The position numbers and the translations under genes were made by a program. A stretch of 64,000 bases of DNA from Puniceicoccales bacterium. Lineage in GTDB: Bacteria; Verrucomicrobiota; Verrucomicrobiia; Opitutales; LL51. Positions 8,668 through 20,077 of this stretch are shown in pieces; the first letter of the stretch is position 1; every line of letters begins with the position of its first letter. The DNA lies in NCBI GenBank assembly GCA_031255715.1, contig JAIRRZ010000021.1, positions 286 to 64,285 of the forward strand. The letters run 5' to 3'. Below the pieces are notes generated by a model. It saw only the letters and a program-made list of their open reading frames with translations. It was not told the origin of the DNA and searched no databases.

Positions 8668-11421
8668 TTAGGATCTTTCTTCTAATGCGGCTTGGGCAGC
8701 GGCAATTTTTGCCACAGGGATGCGATTAGGTGCGCAACTTACATAATCTAAACCAAGACTATGACAAAATTTTATGGAATCTGGATCGCCACCATGCTCC
8801 CCACAAATTCCAATCTTTACGCCAGGTCGTACTCTGCGGGCTTTTGTCACACCGATTCCCATGAGCTGTCCAACACCTTCCACATCAATGGACGCGAATG
8901 GGTTGCGCTTGACGACCTCCTGAGAGATATACTCTGGCAAAAATGTTCCCGAGTCATCACGGCTCATTCCTAAAGTCGTTTGCGTTAAATCATTCGTTCC
9001 AAAACTGAAAAATTCCGCCGTTTCAGCGATTTTATCCGCTACCAAGGCTGCACGGGGTAGTTCCAACATTGTTCCCACCGCATAGTTAAATTTTTTGCCG
9101 GTCCTATTCATAACTTCATCGGCCGCACTTCGAATACGTTCGACCTGACTTTTTAATTCACCCTCAAATCCTACGAGCGGTACCATAACTTCAACTTTAA
9201 CATCGATACCTTCCGAAACAGCTTGAGCAACGGCTTCAAAAATAGCCAAGGCTTGCATGGTTGTAATTTCTGGATAGGTCATTCCTAACCGACAACCGCG
9301 GTGACCGAGCATCGGATTTTGCTCATGTAACGCTTGGACACGTGCCCCTATGTGTTCCATAGGGATATTAAATTTTTTTGATAAAGCATCCAAAGCATCG
9401 TCCGTATTCGGTAAAAATTCGTGTAATGGCGGATCCAATAGGCGGATTGTAACCGGTTGTCCCTTCATTGCTCTAAAAAGTCCTTCGAAATCTCCGCGTT
9501 GGAGCGGTTTCAAGTGATCCAAAGCTTTGATGCGATCCTCCATTGTCGTTGCTAAAATCATTTTACGTACAAAATCGATGCGATCCTCCTCAAAAAACAT
9601 GTGTTCCGTACGGCATAAACCAATCCCCTCCGCACCTAATTGAAAGGCTTGTGCAGCCTGTTTAGGTGTATCCGCATTGGTACGAATACCAAGCTTACGA
9701 AATCCATCAGCCCAGTCCATCACCATAGCGAATAGGCGATAGGTATCGCTATTTTCTGCCTTCATGTTGCCGGCCAGCACACGGTTAACTTCGGAAGGCA
9801 CGGTGGCCACTTTCCCGGAAAACACTTCACCCGTCGTTCCGTCGATTGAAATATAATCGCCCTCCTTTATTATCGTTTCGCTAACCTGAATTGTTTTCGA
9901 TACATAGTCGATGTGCAGCGTTCCCGCTCCACAAACACAGACCTTCCCCATCTGTCTCGCTACCAACGCCGCATGGGAACTGACACCACCTCGGCTCGTT
10001 AGAATGCCTTCCGATGTCAGCATGCCGCGGATATCCTCCGGTGAAGTCTCGATGCGGCAAAGGACAACTTTCTCGCCCTGTGCATGGATTTCCTCCGCTT
10101 TTTTAGCGGAAAAGTAGACTTTTCCACAGGCCGCTCCCGGTCCTGCCGGTAATCCAATGGCTAATTTTTTTAAATTCTTTTTCTCCGCTTCATCGAAGAC
10201 GGGAACAAGCAGTGACGAAATCGAATCCGCTGGAATACGTCTAACCGCCTCCTCTTTGGAAATGCGTCCCTCATCGACCATTTCCACCGCAATGCGCACC
10301 GCCGCTAAACCCGTCCGTTTCCCGTTACGCGTCTGTAGCATGTAGAGTTTATCCTGTTCAATGGTAAATTCCAGATCCTGCATATCGCAGAAATGATCCT
10401 CCAATGTTTTGCAAACGGAGATCAATTGTTCAAAAACTTTGGGCATATCATTTTTGAGTGCGCTAATGGGTCGTGGCGTGCGAATTCCAGCAACAACATC
10501 TTCGCCTTGGGCATTGATCAAATACTCGCCATAAAATTCATGCATACCATTAGCGGGATTTCGCGTAAATGCCACACCGGTTGCGCAATTATCGCCCATA
10601 TTTCCGAACACCATCGATTGGACATTGACCGCTGTTCCCCACTCCGACGGAATATTATATTTTTGGCGATAAATAACTGCGCGCTCGTTATTCCAAGACC
10701 TAAAAACGGCACCGATTGCACCTTCTAACTGGGCGTAAACATCCTGTGGAAATTCCGCTCCGACAGATTTTTTAATTAAATCTTTGTATCGTCGGATTAA
10801 CTCTTGGAGCTGCTCCGCGGTCAGGTCGACATCATTCTGGATATTGACTTCTTGCTTCAGCTGTCCCAATACGGCATCGAACGGTTCCTCATCGCGGTCA
10901 TCGGTAGCCTGAACTCCCATGACTACATCGCCGTACATTTGAATAAATCGGCGGTAGCAATCATAGGCGAAGCGAGGATTATTTGTGTGTTTTGCAAAAC
11001 CTTGAACGCTTTGATCATTGAGTCCGAGGTTAAGAATTGTATCCATCATACCGGGCATTGAGTCGCGTGCTCCGGAACGAACGGAAAACAAAAGTGGATT
11101 TTCAAGATCACCAAATTTCTTCCCCTGTTGAGCTTCAACATTTTTAATCGCCACTTTAACCTGATCAAAAACGTAGGCGGGCAATTTTTCGCCATTTGCT
11201 TTAAATTCGGCACAAACTTCCGTTGTGATCGTAAATCCCGGTGGAACGGGTAATCCAATGCGAGCCATTTCGGCTAAATTTGCACCTTTGCCCCCCAGTA
11301 AAGAACGCATCGTCGCATTGCCATCCGTTTTTTGGCCGAATTCGTATATCTTACTATGATCAGACATGCTCCAATTAAATTGTTCTGGAACCCCAACGTC
11401 AACTTTTTTTGACATCAACAT
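8668..11421 (-). CDS. ppdK: Pyruvate, phosphate dikinase
   Basis: [12 protein letters not shown], the catalytic-His loop [26 protein letters not shown] and CGEHGGDP are present. The start is uncertain (11421, 11415 or 11367). Confidence 0.95.
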   Translation of the reverse strand: MLMSKKVDVGVPEQFNWSMSDHSKIYEFGQKTDGNATMRSLLGGKGANLAEMARIGLPVPPGFTITTEVCAEFKANGEKLPAYVFDQVKVAIKNVEAQQGKKFGDLENPLLFSVRSGARDSMPGMMDTILNLGLNDQSVQGFAKHTNNPRFAYDCYRRFIQMYGDVVMGVQATDDRDEEPFDAVLGQLKQEVNIQNDVDLTAEQLQELIRRYKDLIKKSVGAEFPQDVYAQLEGAIGAVFRSWNNERAVIYRQKYNIPSEWGTAVNVQSMVFGNMGDNCATGVAFTRNPANGMHEFYGEYLINAQGEDVVAGIRTPRPISALKNDMPKVFEQLISVCKTLEDHFCDMQDLEFTIEQDKLYMLQTRNGKRTGLAAVRIAVEMVDEGRISKEEAVRRIPADSISSLLVPVFDEAEKKNLKKLAIGLPAGPGAACGKVYFSAKKAEEIHAQGEKVVLCRIETSPEDIRGMLTSEGILTSRGGVSSHAALVARQMGKVCVCGAGTLHIDYVSKTIQVSETIIKEGDYISIDGTTGEVFSGKVATVPSEVNRVLAGNMKAENSDTYRLFAMVMDWADGFRKLGIRTNADTPKQAAQAFQLGAEGIGLCRTEHMFFEEDRIDFVRKMILATTMEDRIKALDHLKPLQRGDFEGLFRAMKGQPVTIRLLDPPLHEFLPNTDDALDALSKKFNIPMEHIGARVQALHEQNPMLGHRGCRLGMTYPEITTMQALAIFEAVAQAVSEGIDVKVEVMVPLVGFEGELKSQVERIRSAADEVMNRTGKKFNYAVGTMLELPRAALVADKIAETAEFFSFGTNDLTQTTLGMSRDDSGTFLPEYISQEVVKRNPFASIDVEGVGQLMGIGVTKARRVRPGVKIGICGEHGGDPDSIKFCHSLGLDYVSCAPNRIPVAKIAAAQAALEERS

Positions 11422-11469
11422 TTAATTTTGACCCTACGTTTTGGAGTATTTCAAAATTTCTAAATTTAC

Positions 11470-13050
11470 TCAATGGAAGCGTCGCCACTGGTAAGTCTTG
11501 TGTATTTCGTAAACTTTCAAGGAAAAAATTAGACAAAAAATAAAAAAAACCAGGCCAATCCCATTCGGTTTCGTCAAAAATTCAATGTGCCAAGGAATAT
11601 ACTCTTCAGCTAGGAACAACAATCCATTGATCCACGATACACCCTTCCGTGCTAATAAAAACAATATATCTCCAAGGAATAAATGCACATGCAATAGACC
11701 AAGTAGTAAGAATAAAAAACCGCAAACCACAACGGGTAATGCCATTTGTATGATGACCGGATTCAGAAAAATGCCCACTAAACTGAACATATTAAAATAT
11801 TCAAAGGTTAGGGGCGCACTCGCTAAGGTCGCCGCCATTGAAACGGATAGCAATTCCGCTATTTTCCAAGATATTATTCGTGTTTTATATAATTTTGTCA
11901 CCGGAAGCACACTGCAACGTATTTTGCGCAAAAACCATAGGGTTACTTGCTGTAGCGGAGCCGATAGAAGAAGTAACATTGCGACGACACCATAGGATAA
12001 TTGAAATCCGATATCGAAAAGTAGTATGGGATCGTAGAGAAGCATTAAAATTGCGGCCAATAGAAGTGAAGATAATCCCGATGATTTTCGCAAACAAAAT
12101 CCCGCACTCCAAAAACAAGTTAGCATGAGCCATGCACGAACCGCCGAAGGTGGAAATCCTATTGCTCCCACATAGAATAATAAAATACCTATAATCAGCC
12201 AACGGCGCCAAGATCTTTTCAGAAAAAAGCAGCGCAATAAAAAATCCAAAGCGAAACCGATTACGCCGATGTGCAATCCGCTAACTGCCAGTAAATGCGC
12301 CGCACTCGTGTTGTGAAAATTCATTTTTTGTTCCTTGGAAAGTTTCTTCTTCTCACTAAGTAAAATGCCATAAAGAATACCATCGGTGGAATGGCTGCCA
12401 TGTTTCTGAATGTAATATTCAATTTGATCATGTAACATTCGATTAATTTTAGCGAAAAAATGCCAAAAAATATTTTCCTTTGCAGATATTTTTAAAACTT
12501 TACCGCGATAGCCGTAGAGGTAGATATTTTTTTGAGTCAGATAGGAAAAAAACGTTTCCGATGTTGCTGGTTTTAAGAAACGTATTCCCGAATGTAACTT
12601 CAAAACCTGTGAGGGAATATAATCTTCGTCACCATTTAAATAAAAATAAATCCGATGCCCTTTCAACATTTTGTATTTCTTGTTGTATACTTTTACAATC
12701 TTTCCATAACCATATATCTTAGCGCGTTCTGATTTTAAATCAATTTTTTCAATTTTAACGTCGTAGGTTAGACTCCAAATTTGCTTTTGTTCGAGCAAAA
12801 TTGTCCCTTCAAAACGTAAAAAGGCATAAATAGCACTCACCAAAAAACAATATAGAAAAAATCGCTTCCTATTGCGAAAAAAATAACCGTAGCAAATACA
12901 AAAAGGGAGAATGCTAACAACAATTACTGTGGGAAAATTATTCCAATATTTCGCCAATAGTATTCCTAATACTGAGGGAATAAATATTTCCATTAGCGGC
13001 ACACGAAAACGACTATGAGTACAAAATATCAAGACCTCACGGTCTAACAT
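11470..13050 (-). CDS. comEC: ComEC/Rec2-family competence channel protein (no C-terminal MBL domain)
   Basis: The protein is polytopic and carries the signature SAAHLLAVSGLHIGVIG. Confidence 0.8.
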   Translation of the reverse strand: MLDREVLIFCTHSRFRVPLMEIFIPSVLGILLAKYWNNFPTVIVVSILPFCICYGYFFRNRKRFFLYCFLVSAIYAFLRFEGTILLEQKQIWSLTYDVKIEKIDLKSERAKIYGYGKIVKVYNKKYKMLKGHRIYFYLNGDEDYIPSQVLKLHSGIRFLKPATSETFFSYLTQKNIYLYGYRGKVLKISAKENIFWHFFAKINRMLHDQIEYYIQKHGSHSTDGILYGILLSEKKKLSKEQKMNFHNTSAAHLLAVSGLHIGVIGFALDFLLRCFFLKRSWRRWLIIGILLFYVGAIGFPPSAVRAWLMLTCFWSAGFCLRKSSGLSSLLLAAILMLLYDPILLFDIGFQLSYGVVAMLLLLSAPLQQVTLWFLRKIRCSVLPVTKLYKTRIISWKIAELLSVSMAATLASAPLTFEYFNMFSLVGIFLNPVIIQMALPVVVCGFLFLLLGLLHVHLFLGDILFLLARKGVSWINGLLFLAEEYIPWHIEFLTKPNGIGLVFFIFCLIFSLKVYEIHKTYQWRRFH

Positions 13051-13089
13051 AATTTTAGAATAAAAGCAAGTATTTTTTTATTGGATTAT

Positions 13090-13108
13090 TAGGGGCTGCG
13101 TGCCCTTA
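13090..13108. repeat. Solo copy of the AAGGGC-N4-GCCCTT-type hairpin module
   Basis: TAGGGGCTGCGTGCCCTTA has the same form as the terminal hairpins of the GC-rich elements at 45112-45130 and 61404-61422. Confidence 0.4.
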
Positions 13109-13226
13109 GACATCCTCTGATAAGAAAATTTCATAAGAAAAAAAAACTCCCCTTTGCAAATCGTACCGCAGATAAATTTTGTACAAATATTTCTAGTCAA
13201 AAGAAACGGGAATCTTATGGTGAGCA

Positions 13227-13901
13227 ATGATGAACGATTTTGAAGACGTATATAACTTCGAAGATGACGAGTTTTTTTACAGTCAGTGGTCCGAAAAGGA
13301 TTGGAAATTGTACCTCGAAAAAGCCGACTTACAAGTATCGCTATTTCTCAACCTATTCGTCTCCTCCCGCAATATCGTTAACCACATGGATCACATTGCC
13401 CTCCAAATAGGCTGGGCAAAAAACGATTGCGAATCCTTTCCTGGGAATTTTTTTCGCAGCAAGAATGATCCGGAAACAATTCACACCCATCCGGTCACGA
13501 CTGTCACACGGGGACTCTATCATTTTCTTGCCAAAAACTGGGAAATTTATCTAGAATCTTCTAAAGCCACTGACCTTAAACTTTGCTGGCTCTATGCCCA
13601 ACTACTCAATAATGGCGAACGCAATGCACTCTATGGTATTTCCTGCATGAATGCTGGAGATGAATCCTTGGCAGTTTGCCACTTCAAAAACGCCCTTCAA
13701 ATCCTGAATTTTACCATGGATCTGATCCAAAAAATTCCTAAAGATACGCTCAAAATCAATGTTATTTTTCATGATGCACTCATTGCCTGTTTCGATTTAC
13801 GGGAAGTCTGGCTAAAAGTAATGGAATCCTGCAAAAATCCTGACGAAAGCGATGACAGCGACGATGATAATGAACAAAACCATAGCGGTGACAAACTATG
13901 A
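13227..13901 (+). CDS. Hypothetical cytoplasmic protein with an acidic tail, translationally coupled to the sigma54 activator
   Basis: A clean 224-aa ORF has an ATGA overlap with the next gene. It has no TM or signal peptide. Its C-terminus is PDESDDSDDDNEQ. No recognisable motif was found. Confidence 0.55.
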   Translation: MMNDFEDVYNFEDDEFFYSQWSEKDWKLYLEKADLQVSLFLNLFVSSRNIVNHMDHIALQIGWAKNDCESFPGNFFRSKNDPETIHTHPVTTVTRGLYHFLAKNWEIYLESSKATDLKLCWLYAQLLNNGERNALYGISCMNAGDESLAVCHFKNALQILNFTMDLIQKIPKDTLKINVIFHDALIACFDLREVWLKVMESCKNPDESDDSDDDNEQNHSGDKL

Positions 13902-15088
13902 CACTTCCCCTACTACTCATCGTTGATGACGAAAAAAATACGCGGGAAGCTTTAAAAAAATTACTTTCCGTAGAATACGATATCTACCTAGCGGCCGGCG
14001 TTGACGAAGCCTTACAATATATTAATAGGCAACGGTTTTGCGCAGTGATTACGGATTTACGTCTCGGTGGCGATACTTCCGGCCTAACAATCGTCCAATA
14101 TGCTGCGAAGAAAAATATTCCTTCTATTATGATGACCGCATTTGGCGACGTGGATACGGCCGTAACCGCAATGAAAAATGGTGCCTTCGATTTCATCACC
14201 AAGCCACTCAATTTTCAAAAACTTAAAATTACACTCAAACAGGCCACAAATTATAAAAATCTTTCCCATTCCCCCCTCCACAATTCCTCCAATTGCCTAC
14301 CCTCTTCAAATACCCATGGACCGAACCTTAGTGTTATTGTTTCGGAAAATTCTCCATTTAAGCGAATTTTGGAATACGCGGCTAAAGTGGCGGATAATCG
14401 AGCCAACGTATTCCTTTTCGGTGAAACGGGAACGGGCAAGGAAATTCTAGCGCAAACGATTCACAATTCGAGTCCACGGAAAGACCAACCACTGATCGCT
14501 GTACACTGTGCAGCACTATCGAGTACACTCCTAGAAAGCGAGTTATTTGGCCATGAAAGGGGCGCATTCACGGGAGCTACAACAACGCACATGGGATATT
14601 TCGAGGCGGCTAATCAGGGAACACTTTTCCTCGACGAAATTGGTGAAATCGATGCTCCCACGCAGGTAAAACTTTTACGATTTTTAGAAACAAAAACCTT
14701 TGAACGCGTCGGTGGAACGCACCCCATTTCCATTGATGTGCGCATTATTTCTGCGACAAACAAAAATTTGGCACAAATGATTCAGGAAGGTACTTTTCGA
14801 GAGGATTTGTATTATCGACTCAATGTTATTGAATTGAAATTGCCACCGCTCCGCGAACGGAAGGAAGATATTCCACTACTTTTTCGCCACTATATCGAAC
14901 ATTTTTGCCAGGAAAATGCCATTGAAATTATCCCGGAAATTTCTATCCAAGCCATGGAAAAAATTATGTACTATTCCTGGCCCGGTAACATTCGGGAGCT
15001 AAAAAATACCTGCGAAAGTATCATTGCCCTTCTACCCAAAGGACAAAAAACAATTACTTTCAATGACCTTGGCGGAAAATTTATATAA
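13898..15088 (+). CDS. Sigma54-dependent response regulator (REC plus AAA+), lacking a C-terminal HTH
   Basis: The REC domain reads LLIVDDE...DLRL. Walker A is GETGTGKE, the sigma54-contact loop is ERGAFTGA, Walker B is LFLDEIGE, and the R-finger region is FREDLYYRLN. The protein ends about 30 aa after the AAA+ lid with no Fis-type HTH. Confidence 0.9.
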   Translation: MTLPLLLIVDDEKNTREALKKLLSVEYDIYLAAGVDEALQYINRQRFCAVITDLRLGGDTSGLTIVQYAAKKNIPSIMMTAFGDVDTAVTAMKNGAFDFITKPLNFQKLKITLKQATNYKNLSHSPLHNSSNCLPSSNTHGPNLSVIVSENSPFKRILEYAAKVADNRANVFLFGETGTGKEILAQTIHNSSPRKDQPLIAVHCAALSSTLLESELFGHERGAFTGATTTHMGYFEAANQGTLFLDEIGEIDAPTQVKLLRFLETKTFERVGGTHPISIDVRIISATNKNLAQMIQEGTFREDLYYRLNVIELKLPPLRERKEDIPLLFRHYIEHFCQENAIEIIPEISIQAMEKIMYYSWPGNIRELKNTCESIIALLPKGQKTITFNDLGGKFI

Positions 15089-15280
15089 AAATAAAATATA
15101 TCCGTCGCTAATCTTACATACAGAAATTAGTAAATTAATTTCACATGCCCATTAACTAGACAATGATTTTTCCATTGGTATGGCTCCGTTTTATTTTTAC
15201 GCTTTTAGATTTAAAATTCAAATTTTCTTACGGCTTGCTTTGGCTTGAAAATTTTCCGGGATCTATAGAAAAAGCAATCA

Positions 15281-17086
15281 ATGTCAATTAAACGAGAGTG
15301 CATCGAACACATTAAGGGAATTGCCGATTTGTACGATATCGTTTCGGGATACGTACAGCTTAAACGCTCCGGATCGAGTTGGAAAGGATTAAGCCCATTC
15401 ACGGTTGAAAAAACGCCATCTTTTTTTGTCCATCCTGGAAAAAAATTTTTCAAATGTTTTAGTACTGGCTACGCGGGAGATGTTTTCCGCTTTTTGGAGC
15501 TTAAAGAAAATTTTTCATTTCTCGAAGCCGTTGAATGGCTCGCCAAACGCTATGGCATCGCGGTAGACTACGAGCATAGCCAATCACAAAAAAATTATTC
15601 TAAAAATGAACTGTTTGATATTCATGAGGAAGCGGCAGCATACTACCGGAAAAAATTTCAAGAGGATGAAACCATCCAACGCTACTGGACCGAAAGGCGT
15701 CATTTTTCCTTAGATACCGCCAAACGCTATGGTATCGGTTGGGCACCAAATTTCGACCAGGGACTATTAGCACTGCTCAGACAAAAAAAACATACCACCG
15801 AAGCGCTGCAACAATGTGGACTGTTACGCTGCAATAATGGAAATAGAAAACAATTTCAACTACGTTTTACCGGACGCCTTATAATTCCGATTTACGATGT
15901 ACAGGATCGGATCGTTGCCTTTTCTGGACGTATCATCGAAGATCGCAATGATTTTGCTAAGTATATCAATTCCCCGGAAACACCAATTTTTCACAAAGGT
16001 AGCGTATTGTTTGGCCTAAACCATGCGCGAAAATTTGTTTCCGATCACTTTGTCATCGTGGAAGGACCGTTGGACGTATTGCGCTGCTGGGAAAATGGAC
16101 TAAATGAAACGGTTGCCCCACAGGGAACGGGAATTACGGAAATGCAAATGCATCTGTTGCGACGCTATGTACCGAAGATTCTATGTCTCATGGATGGCGA
16201 TACGGCCGGCCAACAATGTGCCCAACGGATCGTGAAACTCGCCTTCAAAACGAAAATAGAATGCCAAATCGTAACCCTAGACGAAGCGGATGATCCTGAT
16301 TCTCTGCTCCTGCGTGAAGGGAAACAGGGGTTCGAACGATTGAAAAAGGAATCAATGATTCAGTTCCTCTCACGTACTTTATTGCCCCAAGGCACCGGAG
16401 CGACAGCCATTGAAAAGGAAGCTTTTTTAAGGCAGATCTATGCAATGGTTCATGGCTGCGATTCGGAAGTGACGCGCAGAATCTATTTGGAGGAATTGAC
16501 TCACCTTCTCCATCTCGATCAAAACGCAATTCTTAGTGATTTCCATAATTTTTGTGGGGACATAAAATTTTCACCATCGACGGTGGAACCCCAAAATGTC
16601 AATAAAAATCTCTACCCAAAAACGGAAAAATTGCGAACGGCGGAATATGACCTCCTCTCACTGATTCTCCACCACGAAATACTGGGATCCAAAATCGCAA
16701 AAGTCATCGATGATCTCTGGATTCGGGGTAATGAACATGGCCCTTTACTGCTAAAAGTTTTAGGCGAAATCCGAGAAAATATGTGGGAAGGGCCACAAAG
16801 CGGCAGCCCAGCGTTCACTGCGGAAGAATTGAATGAACTTTTTTCGATTCTAGCCCTCGATGGTAAGGTAGAAGATCCCATCGAGACGGCCAATACGTGC
16901 CTGCGATCCATTTGCGCCGCTTTCGCAAAGGATCGATTGATAGAAATCAATCAAAAAGAATTGAAACAGAGAAAATTTATGAAAAACGAAAATCCGCTTG
17001 ACGATATGAGCTTTTTTCAAAATCTACAAAATGAGAGGACGCGTTTGCGCCGTTTGTTATTCGTTTGTCCTCGAATAGAGGCGTAG
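15281..17086 (+). CDS. dnaG: DNA primase DnaG (zinc-ribbon ligands degenerate)
   Basis: EKTPSF, the RNAP-domain and TOPRIM motifs ([18 protein letters not shown]) are present. The gene lies directly upstream of rpoD. Confidence 0.9.
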   Translation: MSIKRECIEHIKGIADLYDIVSGYVQLKRSGSSWKGLSPFTVEKTPSFFVHPGKKFFKCFSTGYAGDVFRFLELKENFSFLEAVEWLAKRYGIAVDYEHSQSQKNYSKNELFDIHEEAAAYYRKKFQEDETIQRYWTERRHFSLDTAKRYGIGWAPNFDQGLLALLRQKKHTTEALQQCGLLRCNNGNRKQFQLRFTGRLIIPIYDVQDRIVAFSGRIIEDRNDFAKYINSPETPIFHKGSVLFGLNHARKFVSDHFVIVEGPLDVLRCWENGLNETVAPQGTGITEMQMHLLRRYVPKILCLMDGDTAGQQCAQRIVKLAFKTKIECQIVTLDEADDPDSLLLREGKQGFERLKKESMIQFLSRTLLPQGTGATAIEKEAFLRQIYAMVHGCDSEVTRRIYLEELTHLLHLDQNAILSDFHNFCGDIKFSPSTVEPQNVNKNLYPKTEKLRTAEYDLLSLILHHEILGSKIAKVIDDLWIRGNEHGPLLLKVLGEIRENMWEGPQSGSPAFTAEELNELFSILALDGKVEDPIETANTCLRSICAAFAKDRLIEINQKELKQRKFMKNENPLDDMSFFQNLQNERTRLRRLLFVCPRIEA

Positions 17087-17103
17087 TACGCATCATTAAA
17101 TAT

Positions 17104-18795
17104 ATGGAAAATAAAAAAGCTTCGAACGGTTCCGGGAGTAATGTTAATGACCGGATGAAGGAACTTATTCGTTTTGCGCGTGAAAAGGGATATCTGACCC
17201 TCCAGGATATTAGTGCGCATCTTCCTGAGAGTATTGAAAATCCAGAGGATATTGAGAATATTATGAACATTCTCGATAATCTTGAGATTGAGATCATCGA
17301 TAGTGAGGAATCCGAGGTAGAAAAGCGGCGATCTTTAGCGGAGGCTGCGGCAAATAATCCATCGGAAAATGCCGGCGAAGATCCGGTACGCATGTATCTG
17401 CGGCAAATGGGCCAGGTCCCCTTACTGACACGCGAAGAAGAAATAGCGATTTCTAAACGAATTGAAAAGGCGGAATTACAAGCACAGGATGAGCTATTTT
17501 CGATTCATTTGACAGCCTCTTTCCAGATTGATCTAGCGGAACGTCTCCTGAACCGGGAAGAGCGTTTCGACCGCATTGTCTTGGATAAAAAAATAGAAAG
17601 CCGCGAAGTATACTACCGCATTCTGGATAGCTCGATTCAAGAAAGTAAGTTACTATTGGAAAAAATTCAGGAAATTTGGGATTATTTACAAAAAACAATC
17701 GATGAAAAAGAGCAAAAAAGAGCGTCCATCCGTTTGCATCAATTTCAATCGCAACTCAAAACGGTAATGAAGCGTTTTTGCTTCAAGATGAAGATTTTTG
17801 AAGATTTTTTACTGCGCCTTCGTCCCGATCTAAAGCAAATTGAGCAACTATTGCGTGAAATTGCAAAGGCAAAGATGGTTGCGGAACGCAAGAAGATTGA
17901 TATGAATGACCAGTTGGATCGTATTCGCCGGGCACTCATGAAGTTGGAGGAAAAATATAATGTGGATCCGGAACGCCTATTGGAAATTGTTAAAAATTTC
18001 CGAGAATACATGAAAGAAGCGCACAAAGCGAAACAGGAAATGGTTGAGGCTAATTTACGCCTAGTGATCAGCATTGCAAAAAAATATACTAATCGCGGCC
18101 TAACTTTTTTGGATCTCATACAGGAAGGTAATATGGGACTAATGAAGGCAGTGGAAAAATTTGAGCATCGGCGCGGCTACAAATTTTCGACTTACGCAAC
18201 TTGGTGGATTCGCCAAGCAATTACACGATCCATAGCGGATCAGGCACGGACGATTCGTATACCGGTACATATGATTGAAGTTTTAAATCGCGTGATGCAA
18301 ATTCAGCGTCAATTGCAACAGGAATTGGGTCACGAAGCAACGGCGGAAGAAGTGGCACAGGAAATGGCTCTACCTCTAGACCGGGTGAAAGCGATCATGA
18401 AAATGGCACAGCAACCAATTTCTTTGCAGAGTCCGGTTGGAGACAATGAGGATTCAACATTCGGTGATTTTATCGAAGATAAGTCGGCCGATAATCCCTA
18501 TGATATGACGGCGTACAGTTTGCTGCGCGAAAAAATTGATGATGTTTTAGTGAGTCTAAATACACGGGAAAAGGAAGTTTTGATGTTGCGCTTTGGATTA
18601 AAGGATGGCTATAGTCGGACCCTGGAGGAAGTGGGACAAATGTTCAAAGTGACCCGGGAACGCATCCGCCAAATCGAAGCAAAGGCATTACGCAAGATGC
18701 GACACCCAACGCGTATTCGCCAATTGCATGGATTTTTTGAGGGGGAGTTTATGACAAACGGTCCAGGGTTTGAGGATTTTATTCATCAAAACTAA
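17104..18795 (+). CDS. rpoD: RNA polymerase sigma factor RpoD
   Basis: [11 protein letters not shown], region 2 ([44 protein letters not shown]) and region 4.2 ([30 protein letters not shown]) are present. ATG 17104 is preferred over TTG 17065, which overlaps dnaG. Confidence 0.95.
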   Translation: MENKKASNGSGSNVNDRMKELIRFAREKGYLTLQDISAHLPESIENPEDIENIMNILDNLEIEIIDSEESEVEKRRSLAEAAANNPSENAGEDPVRMYLRQMGQVPLLTREEEIAISKRIEKAELQAQDELFSIHLTASFQIDLAERLLNREERFDRIVLDKKIESREVYYRILDSSIQESKLLLEKIQEIWDYLQKTIDEKEQKRASIRLHQFQSQLKTVMKRFCFKMKIFEDFLLRLRPDLKQIEQLLREIAKAKMVAERKKIDMNDQLDRIRRALMKLEEKYNVDPERLLEIVKNFREYMKEAHKAKQEMVEANLRLVISIAKKYTNRGLTFLDLIQEGNMGLMKAVEKFEHRRGYKFSTYATWWIRQAITRSIADQARTIRIPVHMIEVLNRVMQIQRQLQQELGHEATAEEVAQEMALPLDRVKAIMKMAQQPISLQSPVGDNEDSTFGDFIEDKSADNPYDMTAYSLLREKIDDVLVSLNTREKEVLMLRFGLKDGYSRTLEEVGQMFKVTRERIRQIEAKALRKMRHPTRIRQLHGFFEGEFMTNGPGFEDFIHQN

Positions 18796-18811
18796 ATTGC
18801 GATGAAATAAT

Positions 18812-18836
18812 TTGAACTAAAAAACTTTTAGTTCAA
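18812..18836 (+). terminator. Perfect 11-bp AT-rich hairpin downstream of rpoD
   Basis: TTGAACTAAAA-AAC-TTTTAGTTCAA is a perfect hairpin, but no U-run follows, so terminator function is uncertain. Confidence 0.3.
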
Positions 18837-18905
18837 GGTAGTTGACTGGTGAGGATTGGGTTATAGTATTAGTTGCAACGGGTAAATCTATAACCGTATA
18901 ATGTT

Positions 18906-19913
18906 ATGTGGTACAAAATTTTAGTATTTCCATTTAAATTGATAGGGTCACTATACAAGTTGCTAGTAAGGCTAACGAGTGTTTTTGCATTTTTCATGGT
19001 AATTTTCACAGTAGTTTTCTTAATTGTTTTACTGTGTTTGACGTTATCACTCAACTGTTGGTTCCCAAAGGCATTGCAATTTTATACCTCTCATAAATCA
19101 GATTTTAAAATGTCAATTGGGATGTCGGATTGCTCGCTATGGAGAGGATCATTTCATCTGAAAGATGTTAAAATCGAAAATCCAGAAAAACAATTCTCAC
19201 AAAGGGAATGTTTGAAAATTCGTGACCTATTGATGCAGGTCGATATGAGATCGCTCATAAAATCTCAGGTAGAAATCGAAGAAGCCAAGGTAGATGTGGA
19301 AAAAATTATTTGCGAAAAAAATGACAATGGAGATATTAACATTGTGGAATTTGCGGAAATATTTATTCCAAAGAAGAAAAATAAACTTCCAAAATTCATA
19401 AAAAATGCAGGAAATATCGATGGCGCAATAGCCTATGACACCATAGTTTCTCCAAGGAAAAAGAGACATTTATCAAAAATGGCGGATAAGTCTTCAGCAA
19501 CTATGGACGAGGATTCGGAAAAAGATCAGTTTATCATAAAAAAAATAAAAATTGCCCTCGGGGTCTGTGAATTATACAACATTACAAATAAGGGAGACCA
19601 TAAAACGATAAAGCTCGATCTGCTATGGGATTTCCACAATGCTCACTCGCTTGACAAAATTGTTAAAAAAGTGGGGCGTGACCTTCAAAACTATGGCGTG
19701 TCCATTGTAGTTTATGGTATTTTGGAATCTATTTTCAATATACCGGGATTAAACGCAGCGAAGTATACCATTGAAAAAATCAGGAATATCGTGGGTGGCA
19801 CATTTAAAGGCATTACGGAAAACATTGTTAGGTTACTGCCGAATTACGATGAAAAAGAAAATACGCAAGCCATAGAAACTCAGGATGATACTGAAGTATG
19901 TACGGCAGCTTAA
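18906..19913 (+). CDS. Hypothetical membrane-anchored protein
   Basis: An N-terminal TM (VFAFFMVIFTVVFLIVLLCLTL) is followed by a hydrophilic K/E/D-rich region. A resemblance to AsmA/DUF748 N-termini is weak. Confidence 0.5.
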   Translation: MWYKILVFPFKLIGSLYKLLVRLTSVFAFFMVIFTVVFLIVLLCLTLSLNCWFPKALQFYTSHKSDFKMSIGMSDCSLWRGSFHLKDVKIENPEKQFSQRECLKIRDLLMQVDMRSLIKSQVEIEEAKVDVEKIICEKNDNGDINIVEFAEIFIPKKKNKLPKFIKNAGNIDGAIAYDTIVSPRKKRHLSKMADKSSATMDEDSEKDQFIIKKIKIALGVCELYNITNKGDHKTIKLDLLWDFHNAHSLDKIVKKVGRDLQNYGVSIVVYGILESIFNIPGLNAAKYTIEKIRNIVGGTFKGITENIVRLLPNYDEKENTQAIETQDDTEVCTAA

Positions 19914-20077
19914 TGAAAATGCTAACCCAAGAAGAGATAATTGAACTTGAAAATAAAAAAACCAATTGATGGAATAGGAAATTTTCTCCAATGGAGTTTG
20001 CACTTTCCATAGAAGGCGATTTCGGATAACTGGAACTCCAATCGGATATTCATTTCATTCCTTGGATTTTGCAGCTT

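Noticed and set aside
8655-8675. Perfect palindrome GATCCTAAA-GCT-TTTAGGATC overlapping the ppdK stop codon, considered as a terminator
   Set aside because: No U-run follows on the minus strand. It may be structural or coincidental, so it is not annotated as a feature.
13111-13226. Search for sigma54 (-24 GG / -12 GC) promoters near the sigma54-activator operon and other intergenic regions
   Set aside because: No TGGCAC-N5-TTGC-like site was found by eye in intergenic DNA. The only near-matches (e.g. 30576 TGGCATTTTAATTTGA) lie inside coding sequence with a poor -12 element.
17065-17103. Track start codons that extend genes into upstream neighbours: rpoD TTG 17065, ftsL-like 4662, rpmB 50541, receiver 1416, MBL 41926 and kinase 61365
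   Set aside because: Downstream ATG codons give N-termini matching family conventions (e.g. MSRVC for L28, MSKILLIEDD for the receiver). They also remove long overlaps.
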